Shown: in pieces, positions 1-9,056 of the stretch
Layout: every line of letters begins with the position of its first letter
How positions within the stretch are numbered: position 1 is the stretch's first letter
Assembly: GCA_964016885.1 (NCBI GenBank)
Contig: OZ024743.1
Span: 330,398,001-330,462,000, forward strand
Direction: 5' to 3'
DNA: 64,000 nt
From: Eledone cirrhosa
Taxonomy: Eukaryota
Notes under the pieces: generated by a model
Told to the model about the DNA's origin: nothing
What the model saw: only the letters and a program-made list of their open reading frames with translations
Database searches by the model: none
Position numbers and translations under genes: made by a program

Positions 1-353
1 GTACTAATGAAGTTATAGATTGGTTCAATAACATAAAATTAAAACATAACAAAAAATTCATTCAAATGGATATTGTAAATTACTACTACACTATTACTAC
101 TCTATTACTCCTAGTTTACTTAATACAGTACTTATCTATGCGTCAAAACATACAGATGTATCTAGTGATGAAGCGTACCAAAGTGTTGGTACCCTTGAAA
201 TATATATAATAGAATAAATATGGTTTTATAAATATAGTTTCCATTTATTTAATATCATTATATATTATACTCCAGAAAACTTGTCGAGTGCTTTGAATCA
301 GTTATAAACATTTATATTTGTTGAATCACCAACAAATTGAATATCCCTTCTGT

Positions 354-457
<104 letters not shown>

Positions 458-558
458 TAACGGTCGCTAGAGGGCGTAATCAATACCATAGAATTCATGA
501 TCCCATGAACCAATTGGCGAAATTCCAAAGAAACAAGACTCTGATCTGATCCTAATAA

Positions 559-624
559 ATATATATATATATATACATATACATATATGCGTGTGTGTGT
601 GTGTTTGTGTGTGTGTTTGTGTGT
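559..624. repeat. Imperfect compound microsatellite (AT)n(GT)n
   Basis: AT run interrupted by AC, then GT run interrupted by TT. Confidence 0.9.
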
Positions 625-892
625 AGTTTTTGATCATTTGTAGTTGTCAAGTGATTAAGTGTATTTGCAATAGTGACTGTGTATAATTGGTTGATTAACT
701 AGATTTATCGATCTCTGTCGGCCCCATCTCGGTCGGTTCATGTGGTTAATATGATTGCGTGCTCCATTGCAGCTGCAGAGTCGTGTGTGTCTTCAATAGA
801 ATGTCAGTGTGTTCACAGCTTAAAGACAGCGGCTGTTTGAAGTTGGTGAGCTGGACATATACATATTGTGGTCCTTTTACACGGACTTTAGA

Positions 893-1386
893 CATAGAGA
901 GGGGGGGGGGGGGGGCAACGAGAGATGGAGAAGAGGGGGGCAAAGAGGTAGGAGGAGGTGGGAGGGGTGAGGGGTGAGCGGGTGGATGGAGGTGGGGTGG
1001 ATAGAGAGGGGGAGGGGGAGAGAGGGGGTGTAGAGAGATGGGGAGGGGGAAGAGAGGGGGAGAGGAGGCAGATAGAGGTGGGGTGCAGAGATAGGGGAGA
1101 GAGAGGGGGAAGCAAATAGAGAGGGGGGGGGAGGTAAAGAAGGAGGAGGGAGAGACAGGAAGAAAGGGGAGAACTAAATAGATAGATAGATATGTACAAT
1201 GAGAGTTTGAGAGAGAGCGAAAAAAAGAGAACTAGACAGAGATAGAGAGATAGATAGAATGAGAACGAGATAAAGAGAAAGAAAGGGAGAACTAGATAGA
1301 TGGGTTATGTAGAATGAGAGGGAGAGAGACAGAGAGAGAGAGGAGAAAGAAAGAAAGAAAGAAAGAAAGGGAGAAATAGATAGATA
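893..1386 (+). repeat. Purine-rich low-complexity tract (G15, GA/GGA, (AAAG)n, short degenerate GATA runs)
   Basis: Mostly G/A on the + strand; G15 at 901-915; TAGATAGA runs near 1180-1192, 1250-1258, 1293-1301 and 1376-1386. Confidence 0.9.
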
Positions 1387-1618
1387 AATTTCTATTTATT
1401 TGCCACGAGGGCACAAAAGAAGGGGACATTTACACAGTGGGGGAGTTTACATAAATCGAGTAAAGAAAAAAGGAATAACAATAATAATATAACAATAAAA
1501 AGTCCTCAAAAGGGAGGGGGCGTGTTGGAGATTGCACATACCCCCGAAAAGTGTGCAACTCTTTTCGCGGGGGAAGCCCAGAGAGGAGGCGCTCCCCCTT
1601 TCCTCTTCAATTCTTCAC
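1387..1618 (-). other. 3' UTR of copy 1 with conserved hairpins and conserved terminal ~65 nt
   Basis: Lies between the ORF2 TAG (1619-1621) and the TATC junction; homologous UTRs at 7124-7354, 8163-8404 and 8671-8902. Confidence 0.85.
1395..1400 (-). promoter_or_regulatory. AATAAA polyadenylation-signal-like hexamer at the element 3' end
   Basis: TTTATT on the + strand; same position in all four copies, 6-8 nt from the TATC junction. Confidence 0.6.
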
Positions 1619-4600
1619 CTACAGAACAATGTAGAGAGAAGGCCCATTTACACGGGCCATTCTCGCTTCTTTCACCCACCTTTCATAAAACTGTCTGGGA
1701 CCAAGCACTTCTCTCTCCATCCTGATTCTTCTTCCGAAGTGGTATCGGAAGAAGTAAACCAGGTGATGGCCGGAGAGAAAGTCACCCGACCTCAGACCTT
1801 TCAGGCGCGTCCACCACACAACCTCTTTCATCATGGCTATTACGCACAGAAAGACCGCCTCTGCTTCATTTCTGAAGGGAGGAGGCGGCTTGATGTTCAC
1901 CACAGACTCGGCGGTTAATCGAATCGGCGCCACACGCGTCAGCAGTCGTTCGACGTAGCTCCACAGATCGGCAACGCCCGGGCAGTGTACCAGTGCATGC
2001 GCAACGGTTTCCTCGTCGCGCACGCATCTGGGACAGATCTTTTTCGCGGGATCCCTGCCCGGGCGCCCGTGTCTGTAGAGCTTTTCTCGAACGGGCAGAG
2101 CCCCCCGGTAACACTGCCAGGCTAGGGACCTCTGGAAGTTGTCCATGGGTCCCGGGCCGAAAGTTCTACCGAACAGGCTGGCCAGTTCGTCCTCCTCCAT
2201 GCCTAGCGACTCTCCAAGGGTGTCGTCGCCCCTGCTAGCCACCAACCCTCTATAGAATGTCGAGGTGGATTCTCCACTGACAGTCGGGTCCGCTTGCCAG
2301 ATAGCCGTGAGCGCCTGGGCACACTCGGTGTGCCAGTTGCCCAGTTTTCTCGGTCTTTGCTTCACCCAGGATTGCAGTTCGGTGAGCGAGACGAGCTGTG
2401 GGAAGGCTCGCCTCACAAACGGGGCCCACACCGGCTGACCGTTGAGGAATACCTGTAGATGCCGTAGCCTCAATGCGTGCCTACGCATCAACAGCCACGG
2501 CATACCCAGCCCTCCTTTCGAAGGGTGCTGGCAGCAGATGGATCTCCTCACCATGGGAGGCCGCTTCTTCCAGAGGAACTGGAAGAGCATGCGTTCCATG
2601 ATGGTGAGCTTTTCCTTGGGGCAAGGCACGACGGTCAGGCGGTAGTAGATGACGGACGCTATGTAAGCGTTCGTCACCTCCGCCCGACCTTTCAGTGATA
2701 GTTTGCACTTGGCCCACTTCTGGGTCAGCGCAAACACCCTGCTCGTCACCTCGCCCCAATTCTTCTCCACCTGGAGGTCCGGTCCGAACCAGATCCCGAG
2801 CAGCTTCACCGGGCCCTCCGTCCACCGCCCGACGACACCGTCTAACGGCATCGGTTTTCCCCTCCACGTTCCGAGTTGCAAACCGACTGACTTGTCCTGG
2901 TTCAGCTTAGCCCCCGTCAGCCTTTCGTATTCCTCCAGTAGGGTGGCGATCGCCCCGATTTCCGAGGCGTCCGCCACCATTACTGTTACGTCGTCGGCAT
3001 AGGCCGAGACCGCTTTGTGCAATCCCGGTTCCAGGGGTATGCCCCGCAGCAACTCCAACTTCCGCAGCAGTGGCTCGAGAGTCAATACGTACAGAAGGGA
3101 GGAGAGGGGGCACCCCTGTCTGATGGATCGGGTGATTTGAAACGGCTCCGAGAGGTACCCGTTTACTTTAATCCTAGAGTAGATGTTGCCACTGTGCATG
3201 GCAGAAATCCAGCCCCTGAAAACGGGTCCGAAGCCCGCCGCCGCTAGCACCGCATCCAGGTAACCATGGTCGACCCTATCGAACGCCTTAGATTGATCCA
3301 AGTTGATCAGGGCCCCACCAAAGCCGGGTTCGTAGCCAACCCTCTCTATGATGTATCGCATGAGGTGGAGGTTGTCGTGAATGGACCTGGACGGGATAGC
3401 GCATGTCTGCGCGTCTCCCACCAAACCACCCACCACAATCGCCAACCTCTTCGCCAACACCTTGGCCAAAATCTGTAACTCTGCATTCAGCAGAGTTATG
3501 GGCCTAAAGTTACTTAAGTCGTCCCCCTTGCTCTCGTCCTTCCTCACTAGCGTGACCACGCCCTTGGTCACAGAACAGGGAATTCTCCCGTTCTGTTGCC
3601 AGTTGCAATAGACAGCCTCGAGGAGTTCGGAGAACAAGACCGGCATAGCTAAATAAAGTTCGTATGGTAGACCATCGAGACCCGAGGATTTGAGTCTCCT
3701 GCATTGGCTGAGCGCTTCCCCGATTTCAGTGGCTGTGATTGGCCTTTCGCAGCACTCCGCTTCGCCGCTCGAAAGACGCGGTAGACCGTCGAGGTATGGA
3801 CTGAAGTCCACATCCCCGTCCGGCCCCCCGCCCCCTCCGAACAGTCGAGAAAAGTGCCTTTGAAAGGCCTCGCACATCCGCTCAGGTTCAAGGATCACCC
3901 GTCCATCCTGGTCTCGCAAAGACCGAATGGTGGATTTAATCCCACTCTTGGCTTCTGTCACGCGGGCCCAGCTAACAGCTTTGGTCCCCTCGTTTCCTAA
4001 AGCACGTATTTTACTTCGGACAACGCAGCCTTCGTGCTTCGCGTCAAAGAACTGGCTCAACGCCGTTCTCGCCGCTAACACTCTGGCTACGTCTCCGCTC
4101 CTAATCGCCTCTTCTAGTTTATCTGTTAACTCCCTTTCCTTCCTATTTCTATTTGCCGCTAGTTCCTTACTGTAACCTCTCGAACTTACTCTAATCTTTC
4201 TCTTTAGAGATACCCACCACCTACTGTTGACGATCGCTCCCGTCAACCGCATCTTAACTAAGCTACTAATCCAGTTTCTGTAATCTTTCTTTGTCGGCAA
4301 GGACAAGTTCATCTTCCAGTAACCGGGACCCTGTCTATGCGTTCTATCAAGGTTGACCACGCAGGTCACTAATTTGTGATCTGAATAGCCAACCATGATC
4401 AGTTCTGGACAACTAAATACGTCCCTATCCTTACTCCTAACCAAAAACCTATCTAGGTACGATCTAGATTGTCCACTGCGGTTTGCCCAGGTCCAGGTTG
4501 GCGCAGTTGGACAATCTAGTCGAAATCTATCGACCAGGTCGAATCGATCGAGTAACCCCTTGAGGCTGCTACACCCCCCTCTATCGGGACATGCCCCTGC

Positions 4601-5055
4601 ATAGTCCCAACGCGCATCTAGGATTCCATTCCAGTCCCCCACTAAAAGCAGGGAACGCGACGTTCCTAGAAAAGTCTCCAGACGCTGGAAGAAGTCGGCT
4701 CTTTCCGCCCCGAAGGGAGCATAAAGACCGACCAGTCTGAAAGCCCCGCCTTCACCGCCTCCGACGTCCAGCACCAGTAATCGACCCCCCGGGTCCGAGT
4801 GAACAATCTGTACGTCGAGAGTCAGACGTTTATCCAGCAGTACGGCAACTCCCCCCCGCCTCCGGGTTGACAGAGAGATGCGTGCATCTCAAAGTCATCG
4901 AAGGCGGGCGCCAGCTGTCTCACGCTGCTGATCCGACTCTCGCAAACAACCATCACATCTATACTTTGTGACCTGAGGTCACTTAGAAGCTTTGCTTGCT
5001 TCCAAGCTGAGCCCAGGCCACGCGCGTTCAAACAGCCAACTCTCAATTGATCTAT
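1619..5055 (-). pseudogene. ORF2: APE endonuclease + reverse transcriptase + C-terminal Zn-binding motif (~1140 aa reconstructed); one frameshift at 4851-4857, no ATG start
   Basis: EN motifs CLNARG, VCESR, LYAP, VGDWN, SYLDRF, SDHK. RT motifs FRPITLLN, LDQSKAFDRVDH, RQGCPLS, AYADD, KLLGI. C-terminal CPRC-x8-H-x4-C. ORF-track pieces 4822-5046 and 1619-4774 join (..GGVAVLLDKRLTLDVQIVHSDPGGRLLVLDV..) if one G is added to the G7 run. Confidence 0.93.
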
Positions 5056-6890
5056 TTTGGTGTTGAAAGTGAAGAAAGAAAAGCACTTACCTCTCCGGGT
5101 TGCGTAATTTCCATGGCATCAGGTGTGTTGGGTGGAGGGATGTTTTGTGGTGGTGTGGGGGTACACGTGTGTGGTGGGGTTGGGGTATTTGGAGTTGTGT
5201 CAGGGAGAGGGGCGGTTATGGGGAAATCTTTCAAGAGGACGCGATTCAACGGTTTTAAACAGGGGGGGGGGGGGCTCACGTCCCGTCTAAATTGTTCTTT
5301 TAAGGAACGATAAAGGTCCAGAGGGACCTTTATCATTTTTAAATGGGTGAAGTTCTCTGTTGAGATAAAGTTTGGCCCTTCGGTCTGCACCATAGGGTTA
5401 TTGTTTATTAATTTAACCAGTTTTTTGTTTTCTTTATTTATATATGTGTATTGCAACGTCTTTTTTTGTGATGCTGTCAATGTTTCGGAGAGGGGAGGCG
5501 CAGATTTATTTTTGTTTGTTGAGGGTGGGGTGTTTTTGATTGGAGTTGGTGTTTGTGTGTGGGTTATTTGTGGTGTGCTGGGTGTGTGTTTTCTTTTTTT
5601 TCTTTTAACTTGTCTGAAGGCTTCTCCTCCTTCTTCTTCAGAAGTTGGGGGAAACTCTTCAGCGCTAGGTGGGAGGGACGTGTTGTGTGGTTGTTTTTTT
5701 TTTGCGGGAGGGGTAGATTTGTTACTGTTTTTTTTATTATTTGTTTGGAATGGGTTTTGTGGTGGTGGTGGTAATGTTTGTGTCGTGCTTGTGGTTGGTG
5801 ATAGTGGTGGTGATGTTTGTGTTGTGGTTGGTGGTGGTGATTTTTGTGTCGTGCTTGTGTTTGGTGCTGGTGGTGGTGATGTTTGTGTTGTGTTTGTGGT
5901 TGGTGGTGTCTGTATTTTGTTTGCTGTGTGTGGTATTAGTGTATTTTTGGAGGTGGGTGGTGTTGGTGTACTGTGTGTGGTGGGTGTGGGCAATAGTCCT
6001 TTTTGGGGGATACGTTTCGGGCAGTTAGCCTTAACGTGTCCCCTTTCCATGCATAAATAGCATGCTGGTCTTCTCCCCTCTACAATTATGTCTATTGGGG
6101 TAAGGTCATCCAGCCAGATGCGATCCGGGATTTGTGCTATTCTTTCGGGCCTCATTTGGACTAGTATGTCGAGGCCCATTCCCAGGAACGCATCTCCAGT
6201 TGCCTTCCCCATTGACAGCATTGTGTCTTCGCCCATGTCTATGAAGCCAGCAATAGCCCACCAGAAGTCCATTGTGGGCAACATTGTTTTTACTTTTACT
6301 CTCTGTGTTCTTCTACCCATGTAGGAGGGATAGAAGCTGTATGTTGTCGATGAGAGTGAGCTTAGGGAAAGCTTCTCCGCCGTTTCCTTGTCTTTCGTTA
6401 GGACCGAAATGCTGCCATAGAGTCGGTCCTTTCGTATGAAGAGAATATTCTTCATATAGTCTTTTAGGACCAACTCTATTTCCATTTGGCTGGGCTGTGC
6501 TGGCTTTCTTGTCTGGTTCAGTATAGTTCTGAAGAGAACTGTGCTCTCTGTTCTGGCTTTCTTGAATTCTGGGGGGGAGTTAATGGAAAACATTCCGTTC
6601 TCCCCCAAGACTATTTGTTTTTACGCTTCGGCCAGTTTTTCTCTGGCGGCAGTTAAGTCAATTGGTGTGTATATTATGGATTGTTTTGTTTTCTGGGCGA
6701 AAGTTGCCCTGTTGTTATTTGTATTATTTTCTGTTTGTTTGTTTTCCGTTTGCTCATTTTCCTTAACATTTGTTTTTTCATTTGCCTTGTTTGTTTCGTT
6801 GTCTAATTTTGTTGTAATTATTTTTTGTTCTTCAGACTTGGGGGGCGTGGCAGAGCTAATGGCAGACATGTCTGCCATCTTTTCCGCCAT
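5052..6890 (-). pseudogene. ORF1: gag-like nucleic-acid-binding protein (~612 codons) with a single CCHC knuckle and Pro/Thr-rich C-terminal half; in-frame TAA at 6621-6623
   Basis: ORF-track pieces 6621-6917 and 5052-6608 share a frame; first ATG at 6888-6890 (MAEKMADMS). Knuckle CYLCMERGHVKANC at 6021-6062; basic patch QVKRKKRK; TTQTSPPP-like repeats at ~5760-5910. Confidence 0.85.
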
Positions 6891-7094
6891 GCTGCCAAGA
6901 AAGAAATTTTTCGGCAAAAAATTAGATATTTATTTAACCCCCTAAAAAGGGGGTAAATGCAAAAATGTTTCCCTAAATAACAGGGGTTAGTGTTCCAAAT
7001 GTGTTGCACTGAAAAATTTATCCGGTACTTACTATAGTAAGGGTAAATCCTGATGTTATAGCGGAGCCGATGTGAAGCGTGTCTTACTCTATCA

Positions 7095-7095
<1 letters not shown>
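6891..7095 (-). other. 5' UTR of copy 1 (~205 nt), expected to contain an internal promoter
   Basis: Lies between the ORF1 ATG and the (GATA)7 junction; hairpin ACCCCC-N6-GGGGGT at 6937-6954. The promoter role is inferred from LINE biology only. Confidence 0.6.

Positions 7096-7123
<28 letters not shown>
7096..7123. repeat. (GATA)7 spacer between copy 1 and copy 2
   Basis: Read directly. Confidence 0.97.
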
Positions 7124-7125
<2 letters not shown>

Positions 7126-8148
7126 TTTCTTTATTAGCCACAAGGGCACAAAAGAAGGGGGCAAATACAAATGGGGAGTTTACATACAGGTATATGAAAA
7201 TAAAACTATTAATAAAATAACAAATAACAATTGAAATCCCCAATAGGGGAGGCGTTACACAGGGGTTGTACACACCCCGAACAAATGTACAACCCTCATT
7301 TCCAGGAGCACCAAGAGTGAGTATTCCCTTCCCCTCTTCCTCTTTTTCCTCAACCTACAGGCTTATATAGAGAGAAGGCCCAACCACTCGGGCCATGTTT
7401 GCCACATTCACCCACCTTTCATAAAACTTGCAGGGGTACAGCACATCTCTCTCCATCCTGATTCTTCTTCCAAAATGATATTTGAAAAAACGAATCAGTT
7501 GTTGGCCGGAGAGAAAGGTGTCTGACCTCAGCCTTTTTAACCTCGTCCACCTTATAACTTCTTTCACCATAGCCATAACACATAGGAACACTGCCTCTCC
7601 CTCGTTTTTTGAAGGAGGGTGGCGGTTTGATCATGACAATGGACTCAGTGGCCAACTGGATTGGTCCCACCCGCGACAATAGTCGTTCTACATAGCCCCA
7701 CAGGTCGGTAACGCCCGGGCAGTGTACAAATGCGTGCGCGACGGTTTCCTCGTCGCACACGCATCTCGGACAGATCTTTTTCGAAGGGTCCCTACCCGGG
7801 CGCCCGTGTCTATAGAGCTTGTCTCGAACTGGTAGAGCTCCTCGGTAGCACTGCCAGGCCAGGGACTTTTGAAAGTTGTCCATCGGTCCCGGGCGGAAGG
7901 TCCTACCGAACAGACTGTCGTCGCACTTGCTGCGGACCAATCCTCTATAGAATGTCGAAGTGGAGTCTCCACTGATTGCCGGGTCCGTTTGCCAGAGGAC
8001 TGTGAGCGCCTGAGCACATTCGATGTGTCAGTCGCCAATTTTCCTCGGTCTTTGCTTGACCCAGGACTGCAGCTCGGTCAGCGAGACGAGTCGTGGGAAG
8101 GCTCGCTTCACGAACGGGGCCCACACCGGTTGTCTGGTGAGGAATACG
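7124..8148 (-). mobile_element. 5'-truncated Tx1-like copy 2 (~1.0 kb, subfamily B)
   Basis: Homologous to about 1387-2455 of copy 1 (PMDNFQKSLAWQCYRGALPVRDKLYRHG, CPRCVCDEETVAHAFVHC, GPSLYISL*). 42-bp in-frame deletion near 7917; frameshift in the T run near 7605-7610. Confidence 0.92.
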
Positions 8149-8162
8149 TAGATAGATAGATA
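8149..8162. repeat. TA(GATA)3 spacer between copy 2 and copy 3
   Basis: Read directly. Confidence 0.93.
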
Positions 8163-8659
8163 TGTTTCTTTATTAGCCACAGGGGCACAACAGAAGGGGA
8201 CAATTACAAAGGGGCGAGTTTACATACAATAAAAACGTGTAAAATGTTATCACAATTGTAAATTAAAAGTTAATCGATTTTCCCCAATAGGGGGAGACAG
8301 TTCATATGGGTAGCACATACCCCCGAAAAAAATGTGCAACCCTCATCTCCAGGAGTACAAAGAGTTTGTACTCCTTTCCTCTCCTCCTCCTCCTTTTCCT
8401 CAACCTACAGGCTGATATAGAGAGAAGGCCCATTCACTCGGGCCATTCTCACCACTTTCACCCACCTTTCATAAAACTTGCTGGGGTACAGCACCCCTCT
8501 CTCCATCCTGATTCTTCTGCCAAAGTGGTATTTGAAAAAAAGAATCAGTTGTTGGCCGGAGAGAAAGGTGTCTGACCTCAGCCCTTTCAACCTTGTCCAC
8601 CATACAACCTCTTTCGCCATAGCTATCACACAGAGGAAAACCGCCTCTCCTTCGTTTTT
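8163..8659 (-). mobile_element. 5'-truncated Tx1-like copy 3 (~0.5 kb, closer to copy 2 than to copy 1, but with a distinct 3' UTR)
   Basis: Encodes the ORF2 C-terminus KNEGEAVFLCVIAMAKEVVWWTRLKGLRSDTFLSG...GPSLYISL* (stop at 8405), followed by the 3' UTR. Confidence 0.92.
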
Positions 8660-8670
8660 ATAGATAGATA
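8660..8670. repeat. ATAGATAGATA spacer between copy 3 and copy 4 (candidate target-site duplication of 1376-1386)
   Basis: The identical 11-mer flanks the 3' end of copy 1. Confidence 0.75.
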
Positions 8671-9056
8671 AATTTCTATTTATTTGCCACGAGGGCACAA
8701 AAGAAGGGGACATTTACACAGTGGGGGAGTTTACATAAATCGAGTAAAGAAAAAAGGAATAACAATAATAATATAACAATAAAAAGTCCTCAAAAGGGAG
8801 GGGGCGTGTTGGGGATTGCACATACCCCCGAAAAGTGTGCAACTCTTTTCGCGGGGGAAGCCCAGAGAGGAGGCGCTCCCCCTTTCCTCTTCACTTCTTC
8901 ACCTACGGAACAATGTAGAGAGAAGGCCATTCTCGCTTCTTTCACCCACCTTTCATAAAACTGTCTGGGACCAAGCACTTCTCTCTCCATCCTGATTCTT
9001 CTTCCGAAGTGGTATCGGAAGAAGTAAACCAGGTGATGGCCGGAGAGAAAGTCACC
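8671..9056 (-). mobile_element. 5'-truncated Tx1-like copy 4 (~0.39 kb, subfamily A)
   Basis: Nearly identical to 1387-1786: three substitutions seen by eye plus a 14-bp deletion between GGCC direct repeats near 8928. Confidence 0.95.

Larger units (their letters stand above)
1387..7095 (-). mobile_element. Apparently full-length (~5.7 kb) Tx1/L1-clade non-LTR retrotransposon, copy 1 (subfamily A), flanked on both sides by GATA repeats
   Basis: 5'UTR-ORF1-ORF2-3'UTR layout; ORF1 zinc knuckle; ORF2 EN+RT+Zn with L1/Tx1-type motifs (KLSLKGR, GGLG, CPRC...ETVAHALVHC); AATAAA at the 3' end. Confidence 0.93.

Noticed and set aside
5052-5090. Perfect splice donor GAG|GTAAGT followed by a pyrimidine tract and TAG at the ORF1 end (minus strand)
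   Set aside because: The intron would be only 39 nt, and splicing keeps the ORF1 frame (GAG ATC AAT TGA), so it would not fuse ORF1 to ORF2. The next nearby AGs are also out of frame.
1522-6945. Plus-strand and alternate-frame ORFs overlapping the retrotransposon (e.g. 5347-6060, 6541-6945)
   Set aside because: These are antisense shadows of GC-rich or Pro/Thr-rich coding sequence and show no motifs.
6818-7273. 151-aa and 102-aa ORFs spanning element junctions (6818-7273, 8405-8713)
   Set aside because: Chance read-through across the TATC spacers (YLSIYLSI); only the ORF2 C-terminal part of 8405-8659 is genuine.
1387-9056. Copies 1 and 4 termini (1387-1786 and 8671-9056) as LTRs of one large element
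   Set aside because: The repeated segment is the ORF2 C-terminus plus 3' UTR of a non-LTR element. There are no TG..CA ends, PBS, integrase or protease, and diverged sibling copies lie between them.
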